A stretch of 22,393 bases of DNA from an uncultured virus (IMG/VR IMGVR_UViG_3300021976_000009) (IMGVR_UViG_3300021976_000009), one strand, 5' to 3'; shown: positions 1 through 7,417, counted from the stretch's first letter. Translations and numbers: made by a program. The notes: generated by a model from the sequence alone, not told the origin.

Positions 1-81
1 ATCATTTTCGGACTGATAGCATTGATGGTCTTCGTCTATCTCATCATTTACTATCCGCCGCAAACTACCAAGTTTCTCTAA
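1..81 (+). CDS. 3' end of a small membrane protein (partial)
   Basis: Frame 1 reads IIFGLIALMVFVYLIIYYPPQTTKFL-stop; hydrophobic TM-like stretch; start lies outside the window. Confidence 0.4.
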   Translation: MIFGLIALMVFVYLIIYYPPQTTKFL

Positions 82-140
82 TAGATTAGTTCAAACGATT
101 TCTCTAATAGATTAGTTCAAACGATTTCTCTAATAGATTA
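73..140. repeat. 26-bp tandem repeat (TTTCTCTAATAGATTAGTTCAAACGA, ~2.6 copies), each carrying TCTAATAGA
   Basis: TCTAATAGA at 77, 103 and 129 with exact 26-bp period. Confidence 0.95.
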
Positions 141-169
141 ACGTGTACTTTAACAGTAAATAGTGATTT

Positions 170-338
170 TCTAATAGATTCGAGTACCTTTAGATTAGAG
201 AATTCGTTAAGTGAAATGTTGTAATTTTGCGACATTTTATTGTTGCATAGTTCGCGCATTTATGTTACAATGATAGTGCAGGAGGCACCAGTGAGAATGG
301 ATGATTTCTCTAATCTAAAGGTACTCGAATCTATTAGA
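170..338. repeat. Perfect 33-bp inverted repeat (170-202 / 306-338) enclosing a promoter
   Basis: TCTAATAGATTCGAGTACCTTTAGATTAGAGAA and its exact reverse complement. Confidence 0.95.
243..271 (+). promoter_or_regulatory. sigma70-type promoter with extended -10
   Basis: TTGCAT (243-248), 17-bp spacer, TGn-TACAAT (266-271); AT-rich upstream; precedes the long + strand gene run. Confidence 0.7.
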
Positions 339-361
339 GAAAGTGAAAGGGGGAAAGTAAG

Positions 362-637
362 ATGGTCAAGTTCACGATCGACGAGCTACTCAATTTTAAG
401 GCGGAGGAAAAGGCAATGAGTAAGGTTATTATTCTAAAAGAGTCAGCGCCATCGGAGTGCCAGCTTTGCCATGAGGCAATTACGGATTCATTCATTGACG
501 GTCGTACTATCCAGGGTCCGTGGGGGTACATGTGCCTGAGGTGCCATCGGGAGCATGGCGTTGGACTTGGGACGGGCAAGGGCCAGATGTATGAGAAGCA
601 GGCCGAGACCGGGAATTTCATCAAAACGCAGGGTTGA
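362..637 (+). CDS. Zn-binding phage hypothetical protein
   Basis: CQLC...CLRC pairs and DGRT..GPW..MC..C....G.GLG.G.GQ.Y pattern; alternative start at 416 after GGAGG. Confidence 0.75.
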   Translation: MVKFTIDELLNFKAEEKAMSKVIILKESAPSECQLCHEAITDSFIDGRTIQGPWGYMCLRCHREHGVGLGTGKGQMYEKQAETGNFIKTQG

Positions 638-645
638 GTCAATTC

Positions 646-697
646 GCCAGGGACGGCAACCTTACCCGGCATGATGCCATTTCTATTAGAGAAAGTT
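646..697 (+). promoter_or_regulatory. Leader cassette: GGA-loop hairpin + TCTATTAGA + GAAAGTT
   Basis: GCC-AGGGAC-GGC (646-657); second small hairpin GGCA-TGA-TGCC; TCTATTAGA 682-690. Confidence 0.6.
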
Positions 698-717
698 CAA
701 TTACGGAGTTCAGTCTA

Positions 718-936
718 ATGCCTTTCGAGTTCACAGCCGCCGAAGTGAAAAGTTTCCAGATGAGTTACGACGAGTTCGAGCGGCTCATGATCGACACCGG
801 CATGGATGCCGATATGGTCGAGGCTCTCGTAATCTGGATGGGTATGGCCGATCAGCCTATGCTCAACATGGCCGAGATCATGCAGCGAATGGGTGGACTG
901 GTTTTTACTCAGCCTGACATCCAGATCATTGATTAA
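718..936 (+). CDS. Hypothetical protein (likely paralogue of next gene)
   Basis: GGAG before ATG 718; the 634 start in the ORF track runs through the leader cassette. Confidence 0.65.
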   Translation: MPFEFTAAEVKSFQMSYDEFERLMIDTGMDADMVEALVIWMGMADQPMLNMAEIMQRMGGLVFTQPDIQIID

Positions 937-946
937 GGAAAGTTAG

Positions 947-1159
947 ATGAAAAGTAACCTCTCGTTAGCTAATGACGTTGATCATCACCTGATCAAGTCC
1001 GTCTTCATGACGAAGGAAGAGGTGAACGCCCTCTTGAAAGAGGACGGCTTTACTGACACCACGCTCCAGTATTTCTGGCAGCGTCTCAACTATCCTGAGG
1101 GGAGTCCGGTTTCTATCTCGATCTTGATCCAAAACCTCGCCTCACTCGCCACGTTTTGA
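947..1159 (+). CDS. Hypothetical protein
   Basis: AAGGAAAG RBS-like element, tight packing. Confidence 0.7.
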   Translation: MKSNLSLANDVDHHLIKSVFMTKEEVNALLKEDGFTDTTLQYFWQRLNYPEGSPVSISILIQNLASLATF

Positions 1160-1171
1160 GTGAGCCTACCC

Positions 1172-1202
1172 GCCAGGGATGGCAAATCTACTAGAGAAAG
1201 TT
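1172..1202 (+). promoter_or_regulatory. Leader cassette: GGA-loop hairpin + TCTACTAGA + GAAAGTT
   Basis: GCC-AGGGAT-GGC-AAA-TCTACTAGA-GAAAGTT just before ATG 1206. Confidence 0.65.
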
Positions 1203-1205
1203 ACA

Positions 1206-1487
1206 ATGTACGTGAGAACTACAATGAGATTCGATCACAAGATGCAACATGCCCTGCATACTTACCTGATGGCAAATTTTCCCATCAGGTGCATGGCTCC
1301 GATTATCGCTGAGTACGGCGGTATCCTGGTCGAATACTCAATCGGAGAGGGCGGAAATTTCATCGTCCAGTATCGTTTCAAAGAGGAGGATATCTGCCTC
1401 TATTGGGGTATGGATATCAATTACGCTGCCATGATGCGTATCAAGGAGATTTGCACTCAGCACGGTTTCATGGTCAGCGACGTTTGA
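1206..1487 (+). CDS. Hypothetical protein (paralogue of 1657-1911)
   Basis: Start reassigned downstream of the leader; shares I.V.Y....E...F.VQY...E....LY...G[FY].V pattern. Confidence 0.7.
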   Translation: MYVRTTMRFDHKMQHALHTYLMANFPIRCMAPIIAEYGGILVEYSIGEGGNFIVQYRFKEEDICLYWGMDINYAAMMRIKEICTQHGFMVSDV

Positions 1488-1495
1488 CCTTACCC

Positions 1496-1527
1496 GCCAG
1501 GGACGGTTCCCTCTAACTGAGAAAGTT
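1496..1527 (+). promoter_or_regulatory. Leader cassette (degenerate palindrome)
   Basis: GCC-AGGGAC-GGT then TCTAACTGAGAAAGTT. Confidence 0.55.
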
Positions 1528-1533
1528 ACAGTT

Positions 1534-1611
1534 ATGCTGTTCAAAACCTGGGCCGTTATCATGACCGTTGCAATTATAGTTGCTACTATTTATTTAGGCA
1601 GCCAACTATAA
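1534..1611 (+). CDS. 25-aa single-TM peptide
   Basis: MLFKTWAVIMTVAIIVATIYLGSQL; fills the gap between two leader cassettes. Confidence 0.6.
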   Translation: MLFKTWAVIMTVAIIVATIYLGSQL

Positions 1612-1619
1612 GGTTATCC

Positions 1620-1649
1620 GCCAGGGATGGCAAATCTTCTAGAGAAAGT
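1620..1649 (+). promoter_or_regulatory. Leader cassette
   Basis: GCC-AGGGAT-GGC-AAATCTTCTAGAGAAAGT, near-identical to the 1172 copy. Confidence 0.65.
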
Positions 1650-1656
1650 AACTTTA

Positions 1657-1911
1657 ATGGGGGCATTGTACAAAGCACAGTTCGCTACACTGGAACAATT
1701 CCAGTTACATCGGAGCTTTGTCCGAGATGGATCGCGAGCACGTTATCACCTTACACAAGGTGCCCACACAATCGTTGTCTTCTATCGCAAGGATGAATGG
1801 TTTTTCCTGGTTCAATACCATGAGGAGAGCGGAGTCACACTTTACGTTCATACGGAGGAGTGCCGTTCTTACTGTGAGAAGATGATCAAAGCTAAGGGGT
1901 ACAATGTCTAA
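1657..1911 (+). CDS. Hypothetical protein (paralogue of 1206-1487)
   Basis: Start reassigned after the leader; shared motif pattern. Confidence 0.7.
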   Translation: MGALYKAQFATLEQFQLHRSFVRDGSRARYHLTQGAHTIVVFYRKDEWFFLVQYHEESGVTLYVHTEECRSYCEKMIKAKGYNV

Positions 1912-2104
1912 AATCATCGTGCCTCCCGGCTTCAAATTGATTGAGTGTCCGCAGTGTGGCGGATATGGCGGTGAGCCAGGAAGTAATTTCGGAGATTACG
2001 GCTGGCACAGTTGCTACAAATGCGGTGAATTAGGGATGATCATTGTTCTGGAAAGTTACGGAACGGAACCGGAGTTGCCTTTGGAACCGGAACCCCTCTC
2101 TTGA
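1904..2104 (+). CDS. Small DnaJ-type zinc-finger protein
   Basis: CPQCGGYG ... CYKCGELG (CxxCxGxG-like). Confidence 0.7.
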   Translation: MSKIIVPPGFKLIECPQCGGYGGEPGSNFGDYGWHSCYKCGELGMIIVLESYGTEPELPLEPEPLS

Positions 2105-2113
2105 GGAAATGCA

Positions 2114-2365
2114 GTGCCAAAGTCACGGAAACAACTCAAGGAAGAGTTTGCGGCGGAAATCTATCTTCAGGCTAGTTTCTTCAAAATGAAGACTACCGGC
2201 TCAGCTAAGATAGATGATCGAGCTAACGATGTTGCTAAGGATATCGGGCTCAATGCAATTGAGGTTCCTCTAGTAGATTTTCCCAATGCGGACGTTACCA
2301 CACGGTTCATTCCGGAGCGTGAAAAATGGCCAAAGATGAAGATAACCCGTTCGGGGAAGAAATAG
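2114..2365 (+). CDS. Hypothetical protein
   Basis: GAGGAA upstream of GTG; fills gap. Confidence 0.55.
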   Translation: MPKSRKQLKEEFAAEIYLQASFFKMKTTGSAKIDDRANDVAKDIGLNAIEVPLVDFPNADVTTRFIPEREKWPKMKITRSGKK

Positions 2366-2673
2366 TTCTCGGCGGAACTATTCTCGAACAACTCTTCGGA
2401 AAGAATTTCAAACACTTCACGCTACAATATATGCCTAGCGTGAAAAGGCGACCTCAACACGAGGAGGATTGGGGAGACGAGGATACTCGCGGAGTTTGCG
2501 TGAAAAAGCGTATCACTCACATCCAATCTGATGGGGTGCAGTTCGGACGCTACTTAGGCAACATCAAAGGGAGATATTGGATCGGTACTTTCGAGGCCGA
2601 CTCCATTACTCCCGGCGACGCTATTAGTTTCAGTAGCGTTGCAGAAATGAAAGTTGAATGGCTTCTTGACTGA
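2326..2673 (+). CDS. Hypothetical protein
   Basis: GGAG upstream; 115-aa ORF on the coding strand. Confidence 0.65.
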   Translation: MAKDEDNPFGEEIVLGGTILEQLFGKNFKHFTLQYMPSVKRRPQHEEDWGDEDTRGVCVKKRITHIQSDGVQFGRYLGNIKGRYWIGTFEADSITPGDAISFSSVAEMKVEWLLD

Positions 2674-2674
2674 A

Positions 2675-2704
2675 GTGCAGTGCAGTGCAGTGCAGTGCAG
2701 TGCA
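2675..2704. repeat. Pentanucleotide microsatellite (GTGCA)6
   Basis: Six perfect copies directly upstream of the helicase. Confidence 0.95.
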
Positions 2705-2750
2705 AGTTTCGCTACTAGAGTTTCTAAACGAGTACCGGAGATACGGTCAG

Positions 2751-4304
2751 ATGCACAATGCGACGCCGCAACAGTTCGATTTCTATCGCTGGTTAGATCA
2801 GGGCCAGGGCAATGCAGTCCTGGAAGCGGTTGCCGGGAGTGGCAAGACCACTTCCATTATCGAGGGTCTCAACTACATTGATGACGTGGAGCCGGTCCTG
2901 CTTTGCTCGTTCACGAAGTTGATTGCAACGGAATTGCAACGTCGTGCCCAGGAAGCCAATTTCAGAAACGTTACGTCGACAACGCTTAACGCCCTCGGGT
3001 GGGGCGTGTGTCGGCGGAACGTGTCCGGAGTCCAGTTAGATCAGTACAAGACGGAGAATATTCTCCAGTGGCAGATTGATAATCAGCAGCGGTATTCCGG
3101 GTTAGACCCCAAGAAAATCTTTCAAAGCTTGAGGGGTCCAGTTAAGAAATTGGTGGGCTTGCTGAAAGCCTACGTTGTCACAGGAAACATCATTGAGCGT
3201 GCCGAGGAAATCGCCGCTTATCATAGTGTAGACTTGCCGGAGGGCAATACGAAAGAGGCTCAGTTCGCTCGTGAAACTCTATACGAGAAAGTGGTCTCCG
3301 TTTACCTCCAGAGCAACGAAGTCACGTCCATGATGGACTATGACGACATGAAGTTCATGCCCGTGTACTATAAGTGGGATGTTCCCAAGTACAAATGGGT
3401 GATCGTCGATGAGGTCCAGGATGTCAATGCATGTGATATCGCATTGATCGAGAAGTTGCATATGGCAGGTCGTGCTCGGGTCGTAGGAGTGGGCGACCGC
3501 ATGCAGGCCATCTATCTGTTCAGGGGAGCACTGAACGATGCGATGGAGATTTTCCAGAAACAGTTCGATGCCGTCCAAATGCCACTTACGGTATGTTGGC
3601 GATGCCCAGCCGCCATCATTGAGGAAGGAAAGAAAACCAACCCCGCCATTGAAGGTCCTGTCCCCAATCCCAAAGGTGATGGGATCGTCCGTACCGTTGA
3701 GACTCTTGAGTTTCTGGAGCAGGTTCGTATCGGCGACTTTGTTATCTGCCGCACTACTGCTCCTCTTGTTAAGCGGTGTCTCAAGTTGGTTCAGAATGGA
3801 ATCCCCGCCAAGGTTAAGGGACGAGAGGTGGGACGATCTCTTCTGGCCGTGATCGACAAGGTGATCGGGAGGATGCCAAAGTTCGATGGAGCAGCTAATG
3901 CTTCTCTATTAGAGTTCGTTGCGGAGCTAAGTAACTATAAGGTGGAAACGGTCGCCAATCTAGAGGCAATGAAACGTGAAGACTCGGCGATCCGTGTACA
4001 GGACGAATGCGAAGCACTGGAATACTTCTGCATGGAAGCGTATAACGTTGACGGAGTTGCGAACCGGATTAATACTCTGTTTACGGACGATCAGGACGAC
4101 GCTGCCATTGTATTGTTCCTCACGGGCCACAAGTGTAAGGGTCTACAAAATCCGAGGGTATGGTTCCTGCGACCAGACCTTTGCCCGCATCCGAAGGCTG
4201 CACAGCCACATGAGCAGGATCAGGAAATCCATATCCGCCACATCATCGTGACACGAGCGGAAAAGGAACTGGTCTTCGTGAACAAGGAAAAGGATGAAAA
4301 GTAA
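2751..4304 (+). CDS. UvrD/Rep-family superfamily 1 DNA helicase
   Basis: AVAGSGKTT (Walker A), IVDEVQD (II), VGDRMQAIYLFRGA (III), WRCP (IV), HKCKGLQ (V), VTRAEKEL (VI); ATG 2751 follows GGAG (in-frame GTG at 2685/2700 possible). Confidence 0.93.
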   Translation: MHNATPQQFDFYRWLDQGQGNAVLEAVAGSGKTTSIIEGLNYIDDVEPVLLCSFTKLIATELQRRAQEANFRNVTSTTLNALGWGVCRRNVSGVQLDQYKTENILQWQIDNQQRYSGLDPKKIFQSLRGPVKKLVGLLKAYVVTGNIIERAEEIAAYHSVDLPEGNTKEAQFARETLYEKVVSVYLQSNEVTSMMDYDDMKFMPVYYKWDVPKYKWVIVDEVQDVNACDIALIEKLHMAGRARVVGVGDRMQAIYLFRGALNDAMEIFQKQFDAVQMPLTVCWRCPAAIIEEGKKTNPAIEGPVPNPKGDGIVRTVETLEFLEQVRIGDFVICRTTAPLVKRCLKLVQNGIPAKVKGREVGRSLLAVIDKVIGRMPKFDGAANASLLEFVAELSNYKVETVANLEAMKREDSAIRVQDECEALEYFCMEAYNVDGVANRINTLFTDDQDDAAIVLFLTGHKCKGLQNPRVWFLRPDLCPHPKAAQPHEQDQEIHIRHIIVTRAEKELVFVNKEKDEK

Positions 4305-4324
4305 CTGAGTCCCGCGACGGCCCA

Positions 4325-4358
4325 GGCTCAGGGATGAGCCAATTCTATTAGAGAAAGT
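4325..4358 (+). promoter_or_regulatory. Leader cassette: GGA-loop hairpin + TCTATTAGA + GAAAGT
   Basis: GGCTC-AGGGAT-GAGCC-AAT-TCTATTAGA-GAAAGT. Confidence 0.7.
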
Positions 4359-4367
4359 GAGAATGAA

Positions 4368-4613
4368 ATGGAAAATCGAGTTTACATGATCAAGTTACAT
4401 GACGAGTTAGCGGTCCTAGTTAACGAAGGGAAAATTACAGTCAGTCACGCCTATATTATTTGCCGTCTCCCACCTGAGAAGCAGATCGAGTTTAAAAGCC
4501 AGTTATTAGCTATGGCTGTGAAGTTCAAGGAAGTTCAGGCCGAGTCCGCATTGTTAGAGGAGTGTGTACGCACGTTAGTTGATGATTCTCACCGACTAGG
4601 GAAAGTTGAATAA
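4368..4613 (+). CDS. Small protein resembling the ParB/Spo0J central DNA-binding region
   Basis: LHDELAVLVNEGKITVSHAYIICRLPPEKQ resembles ParB LP.EV...L..G.IS.GHA..L..L....Q. Confidence 0.55.
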   Translation: MENRVYMIKLHDELAVLVNEGKITVSHAYIICRLPPEKQIEFKSQLLAMAVKFKEVQAESALLEECVRTLVDDSHRLGKVE

Positions 4614-4918
4614 TGCAAGCTGCATATTGCCATTACATTCTCATGGAAGAGGAGGGCATTGACCTTGAGCAAAATTTTCATATTCCTGCCCTGATCGCTT
4701 TACACAGGGAAGAACTGTTCACAGATGAAAAGGACAAGGAAATCCTTTCCGCGATCAAAGCAAATCCGGAGGGCGGCATAATAGTCGTTCAGCCGGGTAT
4801 ACAGGTTCGTTGGTTCACTATGCCAGCTCACACAAACGTGAAGGAAGCTAAGTATAACTATCCTCGTTTCACGCTAATGGTTGAAGACGAGGGAGCAAAG
4901 AAATCAAAACTCTATTAG
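4613..4918 (+). CDS. Hypothetical protein
   Basis: TAATG coupling to previous gene. Confidence 0.7.
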   Translation: MQAAYCHYILMEEEGIDLEQNFHIPALIALHREELFTDEKDKEILSAIKANPEGGIIVVQPGIQVRWFTMPAHTNVKEAKYNYPRFTLMVEDEGAKKSKLY

Positions 4919-4938
4919 ATAATGCCGGAGGATTACAA

Positions 4939-5205
4939 ATGCTTATGAAAGACGCTCGAAATGAGGATATCGGTTGGGCTGCCCTTGTTATCTTTACTTA
5001 CGGAGCACAATTACGTTTCGGTATTGTACGTAATGTTTACGGATTGGATTGTTGTGATGTAATTATGCCAACAGGAGATGGCATTACTACTGAAATCCGC
5101 TGTAACTCTAAACAAGTGATGCGTATCAGGGATGCTCAAGTTCCAAATGATCAATGTGATAGTGTATTCGCGTTAAGGAGGCAGTTGATGGAGAAATTAA
5201 TCTAG
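4939..5205 (+). CDS. Hypothetical protein
   Basis: GGAGGA RBS. Confidence 0.7.
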   Translation: MLMKDARNEDIGWAALVIFTYGAQLRFGIVRNVYGLDCCDVIMPTGDGITTEIRCNSKQVMRIRDAQVPNDQCDSVFALRRQLMEKLI

Positions 5206-5217
5206 GGAGGGGAATTG

Positions 5218-5466
5218 ATGGACGATGTAGTCCGATTTGCGACAGTAACCAAGAGGGTTATGATCGAACTTGCGACGAGGCTAATTGACAGAGGGTGTTC
5301 TTTCAAAGACGGAGTGCTTTTCGATGGCGATGAGCCCGTCTTATTTGCAACCAAGGCTGAGACTGATCGCTTATACTTTATCGAGTTTACGGACAGTTCA
5401 AGGTTCTATTGGGTCGGAAACGGAAGTCCGCTCCCAACTCTAGGAGAATTTTACAGCGATGACTGA
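5218..5466 (+). CDS. Hypothetical protein
   Basis: GGGAGGGG RBS. Confidence 0.7.
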   Translation: MDDVVRFATVTKRVMIELATRLIDRGCSFKDGVLFDGDEPVLFATKAETDRLYFIEFTDSSRFYWVGNGSPLPTLGEFYSDD

Positions 5467-5476
5467 CCAGTACAAA

Positions 5477-5626
5477 ATGAGTGAAACGATTAAAGAGATC
5501 GCTAGAGAAAAGAAATGGAGCGATGAAGACCTTCTTGAAAGGCTTCTCGTCGCCATTGATGAACTTGATGCGACTCTGACACCGGAGCAATCTCATCAAG
5601 TTATCGACTTTCTAGAGGAGAATTGA
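5477..5626 (+). CDS. 49-aa acidic hypothetical protein (not in ORF track)
   Basis: MSETIKEIAREKKWSDEDLLERLL...; fills the gap. Confidence 0.6.
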   Translation: MSETIKEIAREKKWSDEDLLERLLVAIDELDATLTPEQSHQVIDFLEEN

Positions 5627-5627
5627 A

Positions 5628-5870
5628 GTGAATAAAACTTTTATTGGAACAGTTACGCCAGCTTTGCAAATGAAATTGATGATTCAAGCAGCACAAACAT
5701 ACAACAAACCGATTAGAGTAACTAGGGACGGAGACAAAGCGACTTATCGAGTTGACGATTTACGTGGTGATACTTATGTCACCACGTTTGATGGAGTAAA
5801 TCGTATGATCATGGATGAATTACTGAGTCATTTACGCTGCCCAATTGACTCTATTAGAATAGAGGAATAG
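5628..5870 (+). CDS. Hypothetical protein
   Basis: GAGGAG RBS, GTG start. Confidence 0.7.
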   Translation: MNKTFIGTVTPALQMKLMIQAAQTYNKPIRVTRDGDKATYRVDDLRGDTYVTTFDGVNRMIMDELLSHLRCPIDSIRIEE

Positions 5871-5874
5871 GAGA

Positions 5875-5938
5875 TGTCCAGCCGGGTGGGCAAGGAACGG
5901 GGCGCTACCTTGTGGAGGTTCGATTCCTCCCTGGACAG
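5875..5938 (+). ncRNA. tRNA-like RNA lacking D-stem and canonical anticodon loop
   Basis: Acceptor TGTCCAG/CTGGACA; T-arm GGAGG-TTCGATT-CCTCC; central stem CAAGG/CCTTG with 12-nt loop. Confidence 0.7.
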
Positions 5939-5939
5939 A

Positions 5940-6010
5940 TGCCCGGATAATGGTATATAACGTACTTCTCATGAGAGTACGTTAGGAAGGTTCGATTCCT
6001 TCCCGGGCAA
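5940..6010 (+). ncRNA. tRNA-like RNA with CAT anticodon-type loop, no D-stem, extended anticodon stem
   Basis: Acceptor TGCCCGG/CCGGGCA; T-arm GAAGG-TTCGATT-CCTTC; AATGGTA D-loop remnant; stem TAACGTACT/AGTACGTTA, loop CTCATGA; no encoded CCA. Confidence 0.75.
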
Positions 6011-6011
6011 A

Positions 6012-6201
6012 TTAGTCCCGCTTTTACACTCCACAGTGAGCAGGTTGCATGGGTAAACGGGGCTAAGCTAGGACTGGACATGCAAACCTAGGTATCTTGG
6101 ATTGGCGTCAGGTGATCGTACATATATCCAAGAGCCGAATAACTAACGACACCAGATCAGTAGTCGATTATGAAGCTCAGCAATCGACATTGATCACTGT
6201 G
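6012..6201 (+). ncRNA. Putative structured ncRNA with pseudoknots
   Basis: No good + strand ORF; stems 6012-20/6058-66, 6068-72/6087-91, 6095-102/6126-33, 6163-69/6182-88; crossing pairings 6045-51/6079-85 and 6032-39/6194-201. Confidence 0.5.
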
Positions 6202-6234
6202 CTCAGGGATGAGCAATAGAGCAAATCTAATAGA
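6200..6234 (+). promoter_or_regulatory. Leader cassette: GGA-loop hairpin + TCTAATAGA
   Basis: TGCTC-AGGGAT-GAGCA; TCTAATAGA 6226-6234. Confidence 0.65.
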
Positions 6235-6282
6235 AAATGGCCGCGTAGCGGCAATAGAAAATGGCCGCGTAGCGGCAATAGA
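6229..6282. repeat. 24-bp tandem duplication with GCCGC-GTA-GCGGC hairpin
   Basis: AATAGAAAATGGCCGCGTAGCGGC x2 plus AATAGA. Confidence 0.95.
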
Positions 6283-6297
6283 GAAAGTGAGAATGTT

Positions 6298-6534
6298 ATG
6301 GGTCGTAAGAAGCATAGTGAAAAGTTCATTATCAAGGTTCAGATTTCTCTTAATCCTCCTGATGGGAGTGTCTGTCTCATTTATAATGAGGATAAGAGTG
6401 TGCATGATCAAATGCCAACGCCTAGAGAGTTGCCATTACTTTTACGTGGTCGCAAGAAAGGTTATTTCTGGGCAACCAGGACACCTGATGGCGTTGTAAC
6501 GATTGTTAATGGTGCTCGTGATCAGGAGTGGTAA
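6298..6534 (+). CDS. Hypothetical protein
   Basis: Follows GAGAAAGTGAG leader. Confidence 0.7.
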   Translation: MGRKKHSEKFIIKVQISLNPPDGSVCLIYNEDKSVHDQMPTPRELPLLLRGRKKGYFWATRTPDGVVTIVNGARDQEW

Positions 6535-6535
6535 G

Positions 6536-6769
6536 ATGATACACCTTATCACAACCAAAGAAAATGGTGAAAAAATATTCAAACGGCTAGAAAAACTGGG
6601 CTGTATCCGTCACCTAAATGCTAATACTTTTCGTGATCATGATGGTCACTTGGTGCTTCGTATCAATCCGATATCTGACGGGTATCGGTTAGAGTTGCAT
6701 GAAACAGAATCTGTCTATTGGAAAGATAATAATTATCCGCTTATAAGGAAAAGAGATGAAAATCTTTGA
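6536..6769 (+). CDS. Hypothetical protein
   Basis: AGGAG before ATG 6536. Confidence 0.65.
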   Translation: MIHLITTKENGEKIFKRLEKLGCIRHLNANTFRDHDGHLVLRINPISDGYRLELHETESVYWKDNNYPLIRKRDENL

Positions 6770-7037
6770 TGGCATTGACGAAGAAGAAGGGGTAGCTAAC
6801 GGGTTAACTTGCAGTCTTCTATTGAAAATCGGATCACGAGAATATGGCGTTAATGCCGTTGCAATTAACGATTTTCAATTTGAATCTCTAATAGCAAATT
6901 TTCCATTAACGATTCTCAGGCGAAGTTACTATTATAAAGGAGCTTTGTTATCTGAAAAGAAAATCCATGTTGATATGGACCAAGGACATATAGTTCAATT
7001 TGAACTTCCTGACGATGATCGTGAGAAAATAAAATGA
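6756..7037 (+). CDS. Hypothetical protein
   Basis: AAGGA RBS, overlap coupling. Confidence 0.65.
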   Translation: MKIFDGIDEEEGVANGLTCSLLLKIGSREYGVNAVAINDFQFESLIANFPLTILRRSYYYKGALLSEKKIHVDMDQGHIVQFELPDDDREKIK

Positions 7038-7417
7038 CGAAAGTTGAACAGTTTCATTTTCAGCGACGAATGTTCGCATTGCCCTATAACATCATTAAGC
7101 TTGCTCCTAAAGGAGATTTACGTTCCCACGCCGAATGGTTATGGGACGAACTTCACTTTGACAGATCATGCTTGAGAGGATTCATTGATCCAACCGGATT
7201 ATATTTTTACCGTACCAAGGATTGCAAAGCTCTCAAAGGAGATTGGGAAAGGGTCAAGTGTGCCATAATAATCTTGATAGTGAGTGGTCAATTGGATATT
7301 GATCCATTATTACCAGTTTACTCGGGAATGATTCCCGGGAAGCATGGGGAACGATGGGAACCTCGACATAAGCTCGGGGTTATACGTAGTCTTATCCCAA
7401 TGGTAGAACTACTATGA
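7034..7417 (+). CDS. Hypothetical protein
   Basis: ATGA overlap. Confidence 0.7.
   Translation: MTKVEQFHFQRRMFALPYNIIKLAPKGDLRSHAEWLWDELHFDRSCLRGFIDPTGLYFYRTKDCKALKGDWERVKCAIIILIVSGQLDIDPLLPVYSGMIPGKHGERWEPRHKLGVIRSLIPMVELL

Noticed and set aside
1179..1656. Identical N-termini MANLLEKVT on ORFs 1179 and 1627 as a shared protein tag
   Set aside because: The ATG lies within the leader hairpin; the same DNA occurs elsewhere without being read this way, and better starts follow GAGAAAG
5875..6010. Canonical tRNA genes or tmRNA
   Set aside because: No D-stem, abnormal anticodon arms, no CCA; no G3-U70 alanine identity or tag ORF for tmRNA
6157..6499. ORFs with repeated IENGRVAA / FSIAATRP
   Set aside because: Translation of the 24-bp hairpin duplication in a leader
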